A program made the translations under genes and the position numbers. From Eledone cirrhosa (taxonomy: Eukaryota): a stretch of DNA of 64,000 nucleotides. The DNA lies in NCBI GenBank assembly GCA_964016885.1, contig OZ024741.1, forward strand, positions 1,426,001-1,490,000, read 5' to 3'. The stretch's first letter is position 1. Each line of letters opens with the position of its first letter. Below the pieces are notes generated by a model. That model did not search any database. It was not told where the DNA came from and saw only the letters and a program-made list of their open reading frames with translations. Positions 16,701 through 33,600 of the stretch are shown one piece after another.

Positions 16701-19700
16701 TTATTAAAGGTAACATCGGCTACCTACAGCTAGATTATTAAAGGTAACATCTACCTACAGATAGATTATTAAAGACAACATCTCCTACCTACAGTTAGAT
16801 TATTAAAGTTAACATCGACCTACATATAGATTATTAAAGGTAACATCTCCTACCTACAGATAGATTATAAAAGGTAACATCTCCTACCTACAGATAGACT
16901 ATTAAAGGTAACATGTACCTACAGATAGATTATTAAAGGTAACATCTACTACCTACAGATAGATTATTAAAGGTAACATCGGCTACCTACAGATAGATTA
17001 TTAAAGGTAACATCTACCTACAGATAGATTATTAAAGACAACATCTCCTACCTACAGTTAGATTATTAAAGTTAACATCGACCTACATATAGATTATTAA
17101 AGGTAACATCTCCTACCTACAGATAGATTATAAAAGGTAACATCTCCTACCTACAGATAGACTATTAAAGGTAACATGTACCTACAGATAGATTATTAAA
17201 GGTAACATCTACTACCTACAGATAGATTATTAAAGGTAACATCTCCTACCTACAGAAAGATTATTAAAGGTAACATCTACCTACAGATAGATTATCAAAG
17301 GTAACATCTCCTACCTACAGATAGATTATTAAAGGTAACATCTACCTACAGATAGATTATTAAATGTAACATCTTCTACCTACAGATAGATTATTAATGT
17401 TAACATCTACCTACAGATAGATTATTAAAGGTAACATCTACCTACAGATAGATTATTAAAGGTAACATCTACCTACAGATAGATTATTAAAGGAAACATC
17501 TACCTACAGATAGATTAGTAAAGGTAACATCTCCTACCTACAGATAGATTATTAAAGGTAACAACTACTACCTACAGATAGATTATTAAAGGTAACATCT
17601 CCTACCTACAGATAGATTATTAAAGGTAACTTCTACCTACAGAAAATTATTAAATGTAACATCTCCTACCTACAGGTAGATTATTAAAGGTAACATCTCC
17701 TACCTATAGATAGATTATTAAAGGTAACATCTCCTACCTACAGATAGATTATTAAAGGTAACATCTCCTAACTACAGATACATTATTAAAGGCAACATCT
17801 ACCTACAGATAGATTATTAAAGGTAACATCTACCTACAGTTAGATTATTAAAGGTAACATCTCCTACCTACAGATAGATTATTAAAGGTAACAACTCCTA
17901 CCTACAGATAGATTATTAAAGGTAACATCTCCTACCTACAGATAGACTATTAAAGGTAACTTCTACCTACAGAGAAATTATTAAAGGTAACATCTCCTAC
18001 CTACAGGTAGATTATTAAAGGTAACATCTCATACCTATATATAGATTATTAAAGGTAACATCTCCTAACTACAGATAGATTATTAAAGGTAACATCTACC
18101 TACAGATAGATTATTAAAGGTAACATGTCCTACCTACAGATAGATTATTAAAGGTAACATCTCCTGCCTACAGATAGATTATTAAAGGTAACATCTCCTA
18201 CCTACAGATAGATTATAAAAGGTAACATCTCCTACCTACAGATAGACTATTAAAGGTAACATGTACCTACAGATAGATTATTAAAGGTAACATCTACTAC
18301 CTACAGATAGATTATTAAAGGTAACATGTCCTACCTACAGATAGATTATTAAAGGTAACATCTCCTACCTACAGATAGATTATTAAAGGTAACATCTACT
18401 TACAGATAGATTATTAAAGGTAACATCTCCTGCCTACAGATAGATTATTAAAGGTATCATCTCCTACCTACAGATAGATTATTAAAGGTAACATCTCCTA
18501 CCTACAGATAGATTATTAAAGGTAACATCTCCTGCCTACAGATAGATTATTAAAGGTATCATCTCCTACCTACAGATAGATTATTAAAGGTAACATCTCC
18601 TACCTACAGATAGATTATTAAAGGTAACATCTCCTGCCTACAGATAGATTATTAAAGGTAATATCTCCTACCTACAGATAGATTATTAAAGGTAACATCT
18701 ACTACCTACAGATAGATTATTAAAGGTAACATCTCCTGCCTACAGATAGATTATTAAAGGTAACATCTCCTACCTACAGATAGACTATTAAAGGTAACAT
18801 GTACCTACAGATAGATTATTAAAGGTAACATCTCCTGCCTACAGATAGATTATTAAAGGTAACATCTCCTACCTACAGATAGACTATTAAAGGTAACATC
18901 TACCTACAGATAGATTATTAAAGGAAACATCTACCTACAGATAGATTATTAAAGACAACATCTCCTACCTACAGTTAGATTATTAAAGGTAACATCGACC
19001 TACAGATAGATTATTAAAGGTAACATCTCCTACCTACAGATAGATTATAAAAGGTAACATCTCCTACCTACAGATAGACTATTAAAGGTAACATGTACCT
19101 ACAGATAGATTATTAAAGGTAACATCTACTACCTACAGATAGATTATTAAAGGTAACATGTCCTACCTACAGAAAGATTATTAAATGTAACATCTCCTGC
19201 CTACAGATAGATTATTAAAGGTAACATCTCCTACCTACAGATAGATTATTAAAGGTAACATCTACCTACAGATAGATTATCAAAGGTAACATCTCCTACC
19301 TACAGATAGATTATTAAAGGTAACATCTACCTACAGATAGATTATTAAAGGTAACATCTCCTACCTACAGATAGATTATTAATGTTAACATCTACCTACA
19401 GATAGATTATTAAAGGTAACATCTACCTACAGATAGATTATTAAAGGTAAAATCTACCTACAGATAGATTATTAAAGGAAACATCTACCTACAGATAGAT
19501 TATTAAAGGTAACAACTACTACCTACAGATAGATTATTAAAGGTAACATCTCCTACCTACAGATAGACTATTAAAGGTAACTTCAACCTACAGATAAATT
19601 ATTAAAGGTAACATCTCCTACCTACAGGTAGATTATTAAAGGTAACATCTCCTACCTATAGATAGATTATTAAAGGTAACATCTCCTACCTACAGATAGA

Positions 19701-22700
19701 TTATTAAAGGTAACATCTCCTAACTACAGATACATTATTAAAGGAAACATCTACCTACAGATAGATTATTAAAGGTAACATCTACCTACAGATAGATTAT
19801 TAAAGGTATCATCTCCTGCCTACAGATAGATTATTAAAGGTAACATCTACTTACAGATAGATTATTAATGTTAACATCTACCTATAGATAGATTATTAAA
19901 GGTAACATCTACATACAGATAGATTATTTAAGGTAACATCTCCTGCCTACAGATAGATTATTAAAGGTAACATCTCCTACCTACAGATAGATTATAAAAG
20001 GTAACATCTCCTACCTACAGATAGACTATTAAAGGTAACATGTACCTACAGATAGATTATTAAAGGTAACATCTACTACCTACAGATAGATTATTAAAGG
20101 TAACATGTCCTACCTACAGATAGATTATTAAAGGTAACATCTCCTGCCTACAGATAGATTATTAAAGGTAACATCTCCTACCTACAGATAGATTATTAAA
20201 GGTAACATCTCCTACTTACAGATAGATTATTAAAGATAACATCTACTACCTACAGATAGATTATTAAAGGTAACATCGGCTACCTACAGATAGATTATTA
20301 AAGGTAACATCTACCTACAGATAGATTATTAAAGACAACATCTCCTACCTACAGTTAGATTATTAAAGTTAACATCGACCTACATATAGATTATTAAAGG
20401 TAACATCTCCTACCTACAGATAGATTATAAAAGGTAACATCTCCTACCTACAGATAGACTATTAAAGGTAACATGTACCTACAGATAGATTATTAAAGGT
20501 AACATCTACTACCTACAGATAGATTATTAAAGGTAACATGTCCTACCTACAGAAAGATTATTAAAGGTAACATCTACCTACAGATAGATTATCAAAGGTA
20601 ACATCTCCTACCTACAGATAGATTATTAAAGGTAACATCTACCTACAGATAGATTATTAAATGTAACATCTACCTACAGAGAGATTATTAAAGGTATCAT
20701 CTCCTACTTACAGATAGATTATTAAAGGTAACATCTCCTACCTACAGAGAGATTATTAAAGGTAACATCTCCTACCTACAGATAGATTAATAAAGGTAAC
20801 ATCTCCTACCTACAGATAGATTATTAAAGGTAACATCTTCCTACAGATAGATTATTAATGTTAACATCTACCTACAGATAGATTATTAAAGGTAACATCT
20901 ACCTACAGATAGATTATTAAAGGTAACATCTACCTACAGATAGATTAGTAAAGGTAAAATCTCCTACCTACAGATAGATTATTAAAGGTAACAACTCCTA
21001 CCTACAGATAGATTATTAAAGGTAACATCTCCTACCTACAGATAGACTATTAAAGGTAACTTCTACCTACAGATAAATTATTAAAGGTAACATCTCCTAC
21101 CTACAGGTAGATTATTAAAGGTAACATCTCCTACCTATAGATAGACTATTAAAGATAACATCTCCTACCTACAGATAGATTATTAAAGGTAACATCTCCT
21201 AACTACAGATAGATTATTAAAGGTAACATCTACCTACAGATAGATTATTAAAGGTAACATCTACCTACAGATAGATTATTAAAGGTAACATCTACCTACA
21301 GATAGATTATTAAAGGTAACATCTACCTACAGATAGATTATTAAAGGTAACATCTGCTACCTACAGATAGATTATTAAAGGTTACATCTACCTACAGATA
21401 GATTATAAAAGGTAACATCTCCTACCTACAGATAGATTATTAAAGGTAACATCTACCTACAGATAGATTATTAAAGGTAACATCTACTACCTACAGATAG
21501 ATTATTAAAGGTAACATGTCCTACCTACAGATAGATTATTAAAGGTAACATCTCCTGCCTACAGATACATTATTATAGGTAACATCTCCTACCTACAGAT
21601 ATATTATTAAAGGTAACATCTCCTACCTACAGATAGATTATTAAAGGTAACATCTCCTACCTACAGATAGATTATTAAAGGTAACATCTCCTACCTACAG
21701 ATAGATTATTAAAGGTAACATCTACCTACAGATAGATTATCAAAGGTAATATTTCCTACCTACAGATAGATTATTAAAGGTAACATCTCCTACCTACAAA
21801 TAGATTATTAAAGGTAACATCTCCTACCTGCAGGTAGATTATTAAAGGTAACATCTCCTACCTACAGGTAGATTATTAATGGTAACATCTCCTATCTACA
21901 GATAGATTATTAACGGTAACATCTACCTACAGATAGATTATTAAAGGTAACAACTCCTACCTACAGATAGATTATTAAAGGTAACATCTCCTACCTACAG
22001 ATAGATTATTAAAGGTTACATCTACCTACAGATAGATTATAAAAGGTAACATCTCCTACCTACAGATGGATTATTAAAGGTAACATCTACCTACAGATAG
22101 ATAATTAAAGGTAACATCTACTACCTACAGATAAATTATTAAAGGTAACATGTCCTACCAAAAGATAGATTATTAAAGGTAACATCTACTACCTACAGAT
22201 AGATTATTAAAGACAACATCTCCTACCTACAGATAGATTATTAAAAGTAACATCTCCTGCCTACAGATAGATTATTAAAGGTAACATCTCCTGCCTACAG
22301 ATAGATTATTAAAGGTAACATCTACCTACAGATAGATTATTAAAGTTAACATCTCCTACTTACAGATAGATTATTAAAGGTAACATCTGCTACCTACAGA
22401 TAGATTATTAAAGGTATCATCTCCTACCTACAGATAGATTATTAATGGTATCATCTCCTGCCTACAGATAGATTAATAAAGGTAACATCACCTACCTACA
22501 GTTAGATTATTAAAGGTAACATCTTCCTACAGATAGATTATTAATGTTAACATCTACCTACAGATAGATTATTAAAGGTAACATCTACCTACAGATAGAT
22601 TATTAAAGGTAACATCTACCTACAGATAGATTAGTAAAGGTAAAATCTCCTACCTACATATAGATTATTAAAGGTAACGACTCCTACCTACAGATAGATT

Positions 22701-25700
22701 ATTAAAGGTAACATCTCCTACCTACAGATAGACTATTAAAGGTAACTTCTACCTACAGATAAATTATAAAAGGTAACATCTCCTACCTACAGGTAGATTA
22801 TTAAAGGTAACATCTCCTACCTATAGATAGATTATTAAAGATAACATCTCCTACCTACAGATATATTATTAAAGGTAACATCTCCTAACTAAAGATAGAT
22901 TATTAAAGGTAACATCTACCTACAGATAGATTATTAAAGGTAACATCTACCTACAGATAGATTATTAAAGGTAACATCTCCTACCTACAGATAGATTATA
23001 AAAGGTAACATCTCCTGCCTACAGATAGATTATTAAAGGTAACATCTACCTACAGATAGATTATTAAAGTTAACATCTCCTACTTACAGATAGATTATTA
23101 AAGGTAACATCTGCTACCTACAGATAGATTATTAAAGGTATCATCTCCTACCTACAGATAGATTATTAAAGGTAACATCTACCTACAGATAGATTATTAA
23201 AGGTATCATCTCCTGCCTACAGATAGATTATTAAAGGTAACATCTACTTACAGATAGATTATTAATGTTAACATCTACCTATAGATAGATTATTAAAGGT
23301 AACATCTACATACAGATAGATTATTTAAGGTAACATCTCCTGCCTACAGATAGATTATTAAAGGTAACATCTCCTACCTACAGATAGATTATAAAAGGTA
23401 ACATCTCCTACCTACAGATAGACTATTAAAGGTAACATGTACCTACAGATAGATTATTAAAGGTAACATCTACTACCTACAGATAGATTATTAAAGGTAA
23501 CATGTCCTACCTACAGATAGATTATTAAAGGTAACATCTCCTGCCTACAGATAGATTATTAAAGGTAACATCTCCTACCTACAGATAGATTATTAAAGGT
23601 AACATCTCCTACTTACAGATAGATTATTAAAGGTAACATCTACTACCTACAGATAGATTATTAAAGGTAACATCGGCTACCTACAGCTAGATTATTAAAG
23701 GTAACATCTACCTACAGATAGATTATTAAAGACAACATCTCCTACCTACAGTTAGATTATTAAAGTTAACATCGACCTACATATAGATTATTAAAGGTAA
23801 CATCTCCTACCTACAGATAGATTATAAAAGGTAACATCTCCTACCTACAGATAGACTATTAAAGGTAACATGTACCTACAGATAGATTATTAAAGGTAAC
23901 ATCTACTACCTACAGATAGATTATTAAAGGTAACATCGGCTACCTACAGATAGATTATTAAAGGTAACATCTACCTACAGATAGATTATTAAAGACAACA
24001 TCTCCTACCTACAGTTAGATTATTAAAGTTAACATCGACCTACATATAGATTATTAAAGGTAACATCTCCTACCTACAGATAGATTATAAAAGGTAACAT
24101 CTCCTACCTACAGATAGACTATTAAAGGTAACATGTACCTACAGATAGATTATTAAAGGTAACATCTACTACCTACAGATAGATTATTAAAGGTAACATC
24201 TCCTACCTACAGAAAGATTATTAAAGGTAACATCTACCTACAGATAGATTATCAAAGGTAACATCTCCTACCTACAGATAGATTATTAAAGGTAACATCT
24301 ACCTACAGATAGATTATTAAATGTAACATCTCCTACCTACAGATAGATTATTAATGTTAACATCTACCTACAGATAGATTATTAAAGGTAACATCTACCT
24401 ACAGATAGATTATTAAAGGTAACATCTACCTACAGATAGATTATTAAAGGAAACATCTACCTACAGATAGATTAGTAAAGGTAACATCTCCTACCTACAG
24501 ATAGATTATTAAAGGTAACAACTACTACCTACAGATAGATTATTAAAGGTAACATCTCCTACCTACAGATAGATTATTAAAGGTAACTTCTACCTACAGA
24601 AAATTATTAAATGTAACATCTCCTACCTACAGGTAGATTATTAAAGGTAACATCTCCTACCTATAGATAGATTATTAAAGGTAACATCTCCTACCTACAG
24701 ATAGATTATTAAAGGTAACATCTCCTAACTACAGATACATTATTAAAGGCAACATCTACCTACAGATAGATTATTAAAGGTAACATCTACCTACAGTTAG
24801 ATTATTAAAGGTAACATCTCCTACCTACAGATAGATTATTAAAGGTAACAACTCCTACCTACAGATAGATTATTAAAGGTAACATCTCCTACCTACAGAT
24901 AGACTATTAAAGGTAACTTCTACCTACAGAGAAATTATTAAAGGTAACATCTCCTACCTACAGGTAGATTATTAAAGGTAACATCTCATACCTATATATA
25001 GATTATTAAAGGTAACATCTCCTAACTACAGATAGATTATTAAAGGTAACATCTACCTACAGATAGATTATTAAAGGTAACATGTCCTACCTACAGATAG
25101 ATTATTAAAGGTAACATCTCCTGCCTACAGATAGATTATTAAAGGTAACATCTCCTACCTACAGATAGATTATAAAAGGTAACATCTCCTACCTACAGAT
25201 AGACTATTAAAGGTAACATGTACCTACAGATAGATTATTAAAGGTAACATCTACTACCTACAGATAGATTATTAAAGGTAACATGTCCTACCTACAGATA
25301 GATTATTAAAGGTAACATCTCCTACCTACAGATAGATTATTAAAGGTAACATCTACTTACAGATAGATTATTAAAGGTAACATCTCCTGCCTACAGATAG
25401 ATTATTAAAGGTATCATCTCCTACCTACAGATAGATTATTAAAGGTAACATCTCCTACCTACAGATAGATTATTAAAGGTAACATCTCCTGCCTACAGAT
25501 AGATTATTAAAGGTATCATCTCCTACCTACAGATAGATTATTAAAGGTAACATCTCCTACCTACAGATAGATTATTAAAGGTAACATCTCCTGCCTACAG
25601 ATAGATTATTAAAGGTAATATCTCCTACCTACAGATAGATTATTAAAGGTAACATCTACTACCTACAGATAGATTATTAAAGGTAACATCTCCTGCCTAC

Positions 25701-27627
25701 AGATAGATTATTAAAGGTAACATCTCCTACCTACAGATAGACTATTAAAGGTAACATGTACCTACAGATAGATTATTAAAGGTAACATCTCCTGCCTACA
25801 GATAGATTATTAAAGGTAACATCTCCTACCTACAGATAGACTATTAAAGGTAACATCTACCTACAGATAGATTATTAAAGGAAACATCTACCTACAGATA
25901 GATTATTAAAGACAACATCTCCTACCTACAGTTAGATTATTAAAGGTAACATCGACCTACAGATAGATTATTAAAGGTAACATCTCCTACCTACAGATAG
26001 ATTATAAAAGGTAACATCTCCTACCTACAGATAGACTATTAAAGGTAACATGTACCTACAGATAGATTATTAAAGGTAACATCTACTACCTACAGATAGA
26101 TTATTAAAGGTAACATGTCCTACCTACAGAAAGATTATTAAATGTAACATCTCCTGCCTACAGATAGATTATTAAAGGTAACATCTCCTACCTACAGATA
26201 GATTATTAAAGGTAACATCTACCTACAGATAGATTATCAAAGGTAACATCTCCTACCTACAGATAGATTATTAAAGGTAACATCTACCTACAGATAGATT
26301 ATTAAAGGTAACATCTCCTACCTACAGATAGATTATTAATGTTAACATCTACCTACAGATAGATTATTAAAGGTAACATCTACCTACAGATAGATTATTA
26401 AAGGTAAAATCTACCTACAGATAGATTATTAAAGGAAACATCTACCTACAGATAGATTATTAAAGGTAACAACTACTACCTACAGATAGATTATTAAAGG
26501 TAACATCTCCTACCTACAGATAGACTATTAAAGGTAACTTCAACCTACAGATAAATTATTAAAGGTAACATCTCCTACCTACAGGTAGATTATTAAAGGT
26601 AACATCTCCTACCTATAGATAGATTATTAAAGGTAACATCTCCTACCTACAGATAGATTATTAAAGGTAACATCTCCTAACTACAGATACATTATTAAAG
26701 GAAACATCTACCTACAGATAGATTATTAAAGGTAACATCTACCTACAGATAGATTATTAAAGGTATCATCTCCTGCCTACAGATAGATTATTAAAGGTAA
26801 CATCTACTTACAGATAGATTATTAATGTTAACATCTACCTATAGATAGATTATTAAAGGTAACATCTACATACAGATAGATTATTTAAGGTAACATCTCC
26901 TGCCTACAGATAGATTATTAAAGGTAACATCTCCTACCTACAGATAGATTATAAAAGGTAACATCTCCTACCTACAGATAGACTATTAAAGGTAACATGT
27001 ACCTACAGATAGATTATTAAAGGTAACATCTACTACCTACAGATAGATTATTAAAGGTAACATGTCCTACCTACAGATAGATTATTAAAGGTAACATCTC
27101 CTGCCTACAGATAGATTATTAAAGGTAACATCTCCTACCTACAGATAGATTATTAAAGGTAACATCTCCTACTTACAGATAGATTATTAAAGATAACATC
27201 TACTACCTACAGATAGATTATTAAAGGTAACATCGGCTACCTACAGATAGATTATTAAAGGTAACATCTACCTACAGATAGATTATTAAAGACAACATCT
27301 CCTACCTACAGTTAGATTATTAAAGTTAACATCGACCTACATATAGATTATTAAAGGTAACATCTCCTACCTACAGATAGATTATAAAAGGTAACATCTC
27401 CTACCTACAGATAGACTATTAAAGGTAACATGTACCTACAGATAGATTATTAAAGGTAACATCTACTACCTACAGATAGATTATTAAAGGTAACATGTCC
27501 TACCTACAGAAAGATTATTAAAGGTAACATCTACCTACAGATAGATTATCAAAGGTAACATCTCCTACCTACAGATAGATTATTAAAGGTAACATCTACC
27601 TACAGATAGATTATTAAATGTAACATC
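13706..27627. repeat. Large near-identical tandem duplication within satellite A, period 6957 bp (2 copies)
   Basis: Constant offset of 6957 for diagnostic variants: 13721/20678, 14867/21824, 16351/23308, 16714/23671, 17641/24598, 19581/26538, 20231/27188, 20662/27619. Confidence 0.93.
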
Positions 27628-30010
27628 TCCTACCTACAGATAGATTATTAATGTTAACATCTACCTACAGATAGATTATTAAAGGTAACATCTACCTACA
27701 GATAGATTATTAAAGGTAACATCTACCTACAGATAGATTATTAAAGGAAACATCTACCTACAGATAGATTAGTAAAGGTAACATCTCCTACCTACAGATA
27801 GATTATTAAAGGTAACAACTACTACCTACAGATAGATTATTAAAGGTAACATCTCCTACCTACAGATAGATTATTAAAGGTAACTTCTACCTACAGAAAA
27901 TTATTAAATGTAACATCTCCTACCTACAGGTAGATTATTAAAGGTAACATCTCCTACCTATAGATAGATTATTAAAGGTAACATCTCCTACCTACAGATA
28001 GATTATTAAAGGTAACATCTCCTAACTACAGATACATTATTAAAGGTAACATCTACCTACAGATAGATTATTAAAGGCAACATCTGCCTACAGATAGATT
28101 ATTAAAGGTAACATCTACCTACAGTTAGATTATTAAAGGTAACATCTCCTACCTACAGATAGATTATTAAAGGTAACAACTCCTACCTACAGATAGATTA
28201 TTAAAGGTAACATCTCCTACCTACAGATAGACTATTAAAGGTAACTTCTACCTACAGAGAAATTATTAAAGGTAACATCGGCTACCTACAGATAGATTAT
28301 TAAAGGTAACATCTACCTACAGATAGATTATTAAAGGTAACATGTCCTACCTACAGATAGATTATTAAAGGTAACATCTCCTGCCTACAGATAGATTATT
28401 AAAGGTAACATCTCCTACCTACAGATAGATTATAAAAGGTAACATCTCCTACCTACAGATAGACTATTAAAGGTAACATGTACCTACAGATAGATTATTA
28501 AAGGTAACATCTACTACCTACAGATAGATTATTAAAGGTAACATGTCCTACCTACAGATAGATTATTAAAGGTAACATCTCCTACCTACAGATAGATTAT
28601 TAAAGGTAACATCTACTTACAGATAGATTATTAAAGGTAACATCTCCTGCCTACAGATAGATTATTAAAGGTATCATCTCCTACCTACAGATAGATTATT
28701 AAAGGTAACATCTCCTACCTACAGATAGATTATTAAAGGTAACATCTCCTGCCTACAGATAGATTATTAAAGGTATCATCTCCTACCTACAGATAGATTA
28801 TTAAAGGTAACATCTCCTACCTACAGATAGATTATTAAAGGTAACATCTCCTGCCTACAGATAGATTATTAAAGGTAATATCTCCTACCTACAGATAGAT
28901 TATTAAAGGTAACATCTACTTACAGATAGATTATTAAAGGTAACATCTACTACCTACAGATAGATTATTAAAGGTAACATCTCCTGCCTACAGATAGATT
29001 ATTAAAGGTAACATCTCCTACCTACAGATAGACTATTAAAGGTAACATGTACCTACAGATAGATTATTAAAGGTAACATCTCCTGCCTACAGATAGATTA
29101 TTAAAGGTAACATCTCCTACCTACAGATAGACTATTAAAGGTAACATCTACCTACAGATAGATTATTAAAGGAAACATCTACCTACAGATAGATTATTAA
29201 AGACAACATCTCCTACCTACAGTTAGATTATTAAAGGTAACATCGACCTACAGATAGATTATTAAAGGTAACATCTCCTACCTACAGATAGATTATAAAA
29301 GGTAACATCTCCTACCTACAGATAGACTATTAAAGGTAACATGTACCTACAGATAGATTATTAAAGGTAACATCTACTACCTACAGATAGATTATTAAAG
29401 GTAACATGTCCTACCTACAGAAAGATTATTAAAGGTAACATCTCCTGCCTACAGATAGATTATTAAAGGTAACATCTCCTACCTACAGATAGATTATTAA
29501 AGGTAACATCTACCTACAGATAGATTATCAAAGGTAACATCTCCTACCTACAGATAGATTATTAAAGGTAACATCTACCTACAGATAGATTATTAAAGGT
29601 AACATCTCCTACCTACAGATAGATTATTAATGTTAACATCTACCTACAGATAGATTATTAAAGGTAACATCTACCTACAGATAGATTATTAAAGGTAAAA
29701 TCTACCTACAGATAGATTATTAAAGGAAACATCTACCTACAGATAGATTATTAAAGGTAACAACTACTACCTACAGATAGATTATTAAAGGTAACATCTC
29801 CTACCTACAGATAGACTATTAAAGGTAACTTCAACCTACAGATAAATTATTAAAGGTAACATCTCCTACCTACAGGTAGATTATTAAAGGTAACATCTCC
29901 TACCTATAGATAGATTATTAAAGGTAACATCTCCTACCTACAGATAGATTATTAAAGGTAACATCTCCTAACTACAGATACATTATTAAAGGTAACATCT
30001 ACCTACAGAT
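27628..30010. repeat. Third partial copy of the distal part of the 6957-bp unit (offset about 3.29 kb)
   Basis: AGAAAATTATTAAATG at 24598/27895 (3297) and CTTCAACC at 26538/29829 (3291). Confidence 0.8.
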
Positions 30011-30669
30011 AGATTATTAAAGGTAACATCTACCTACAGATAGATTATTAAAGGCAACATCTACCTACAGATAGATTATTAAAGGTAACATCTACCTACA
30101 GATAGATTATTAAAGGTAAAATCTCCTACCTACAGATAGATTATTAAAGGTAACAACTCCTACCTACAGATAGATTATTAAAGGTAACATCTCCTACCTA
30201 CAGATAGACTTTTAAAGGTAACTTCTACCTACAGAGAAATTATTAAAGGTAACATCTCCTACCTACAGGTAGATTATTAAAGGTAACATCTCATACCTAT
30301 ATATAGATTATTAAAGGTAACATCTCCTAACTACAGATAGATTATTAAAGGTAACATCTACCTACAGATAGATTATTAAAGGTAACATGTCCTACCTACA
30401 GATAGATTATTAAAGGTAACATCTCCTGCCTACAGATAGATTATTAAAGGTAACATCTCCTACCTACAGATAGATTATAAAAGGTAACATCTCCTACCTA
30501 CAGATAGACTATTAAAGGTAACATGTACCTACAGATAGATTATTAAAGGTAACATCTACTATCTACAGATAGATTATTAAAGGTAACATGTCCTACCTAC
30601 AGATAGATTATTAAAGGTAACATCTCCTGCCTACAGATAGATTATTAAAGGTAACATCTACCTACAGAT

Positions 30670-33600
30670 AGATTATTAAAGGTAACATCTCCTGCCTACA
30701 GATAGATTATTAAAGGTAATATCTCCTACCTACAGATAGATTATTAAAGGTAACATCTCCTACCTACAGATAGACTATTAAAGGTAACTTCTACCTACAG
30801 ATAAATTATTAAAGGTAACATCTCCTACCTACAGGTAGATTATTAAAGGTAACATCTCCTACCTATAGATAGATTATTAAAGGTAACATCTCCTACCTAC
30901 AGATAGATTATTAAAGGTAACATCTCCTAACTACAGATAGATTATTAAAGGTAACATCTACCTACAGAGGGATTATTAAAGATAACATCTCCTACCTACA
31001 GATAGATTATTAAAGGTAACATCTACTACCTACAGATAAATTATTAAAGACAACATCTCCTACCTACAGAAAGATTATTAAAGGTAACATCTACCTACAG
31101 ATAGATTATTAAAGGTAACATCTCCTACCTACAGATAGATTATTAAAGGTAACATCTCCTACCTACAGATAGATTATTAAAGGTAACATCTACCTACAGA
31201 TAGATTATTAAAGGTAACATATATCTACAGATAGATTATTAAAGGTAACATCTCCTGGCTACAGATAGATTATTAAAGGTAACATCTCCTACCTACAGAT
31301 AGATTATTAAAGGTAACATCTCCTACCTACAGATAGATTATTAAAGGTAACTTCTCCTACCTACAGATAGATTATTAAAGGTAACATCTCCTACCTACAG
31401 GTAGATTATTAAAGGTAACATCTCCTACCTACAGGTAGATTATTAAAGGTAACATCTCCTATCTACAGATAGATTATTAAAGGTAACATATATCTACAGA
31501 TAGATTATTAAAGGTAACATCTCCTACCTACAGATAGATTATTAGAGGTAACATCTCCTACCTACAGATAGATAGTTAAAGGTAACATCTACTACCTACA
31601 GATAAATTATTAAAGGTAACATGTCCTACCTACAGATAGATTATTAAAGGTAACATCTACCTACAGATAGATTATTAAAGGTAAAATGTCCTACCTACAG
31701 ATAGATTATTAAAGGTAACATCTACTACTTACAGATAGATTATTAAAGGTAACATGTCCTACCTACATATAGATTATTAAAGGTAACATCTACCTACAGA
31801 TAGATTATTAAAGGTAACATCTCCTACCTACAGATAAATTATTAAAGGTAACATCTACCTACAGATAGATTATTAAAGGTAACATCTACTACCTACAGAT
31901 AGATTAATAAAGGTAACATGTCCTACCTACAGATAGATTATTAAAGGTAACATCTCCTACCTACAGATAGATTATTAAAGGTAACATCTCTTACCTACAG
32001 ATAGATTATTAAAGGTAACATCTACCTACAGATAGATTATTAAAGGTAACATCTCCTACCTACAGATAGATTATTAAAGGTAACATCTCCTACCTACAGA
32101 TAGATTATTAAAGGTAACATCTACCTACAGATAGATTATTAAAGGTAACATATATCTACAGATAGATTATTAAAGGTAACATCTCCTGGCTACAGATAGA
32201 TTATTAAAGGTAACATATCCTACCTACAGATAGATTATTAAAGGTAACATGTCCTACCTACAGATAGATTATCAAAGGTAACATCTCCTACCTACAGATA
32301 GATTATTAAAGGTAACATCTCCTACCTACAGATAGATTATTAAAGGTAACATCTCCTGCCTACAGATAGATTATTAAAGGTAACATGTCCTACCTACAGA
32401 TAGATTATTAAAGGTAACATCTCCTACCTACAGATAGATTATTAAAGGTAACATGTCCTACCTACAGATAGATTATCAAAGGTAACATCTCCTACCTACA
32501 GATAGATTATCAAAGGTAACATCTCCTACCTACAGATAGATTATTAAAGGTAACATCTCCTACCTACAGATAGATTATTAAAGGTAACATCTCCTACCTA
32601 CAGGTAGATTATTAAAGGTAACATCTCCTACCTACAGGTAGATTATTAAAGGTAACATCTCCTATCTACAGATAGATTATTAAAGGTAACATATATCTAC
32701 AGATAGATTATTAAAGGTAACATCTCCTACCTACAGATAGATTATTAAAGGTAACATCTACCTACAGATAGATAGTTAAAGGTAACATCTACTACCTACA
32801 GATAAATTATTAAAGGTAACATGTCCTACCTACAGATAGATTATTAAAGGTAACATCTACCTACAGATAGATTATTAAAGGTAAAATGTCCTACCTACAG
32901 ATAGATTATTAAAGGTAACATCTACTACTTACAGATAGATTATTAAAGGTAACATGTCCTACCTACATATAGATTATTAAAGGTAACATCTACCTACAGA
33001 TAGATTATTAAAGGTAACATCTCCTACCTACAGATAAATTATTAAAGGTAACATCTACCTACAGATAGATTATTAAAGGTAACATCTACTACCTACAGAT
33101 AGATTAATAAAGGTAACATGTCCTACCTACAGATAGATTATTAAAGGTAACATCTCCTACCTACAGATAGATTATTAAAGGTAACATCTCTTACCTACAG
33201 ATAGATTATTAAAGGTAACATCTACCTACAGATAGATTATTAAAGGTAACATCTCCTACCTACAGATAGATTATTAAAGGTAACATCTCCTACCTACAGA
33301 TAGATTATTAAAGGTAACATCTACCTACAGATAGATTATTAAAGGTAACATATATCTACAGATAGATTATTAAAGGTAACATCTCCTGGCTACAGATAGA
33401 TTATTAAAGGTAACATCTCCTACCTACAGATAGATTATTAAAGGTAACATCTCCTACCTACAGATGGATTATTAAAGGTAACATGTCCTACCTACAGATA
33501 GATTATCAAAGGTAACATCTCCTACCTACAGATAGATTATTAAAGGTAACATCTCCTACCTACAGATAGATTATTAAAGGTAACATCTCCTGCCTACAGA

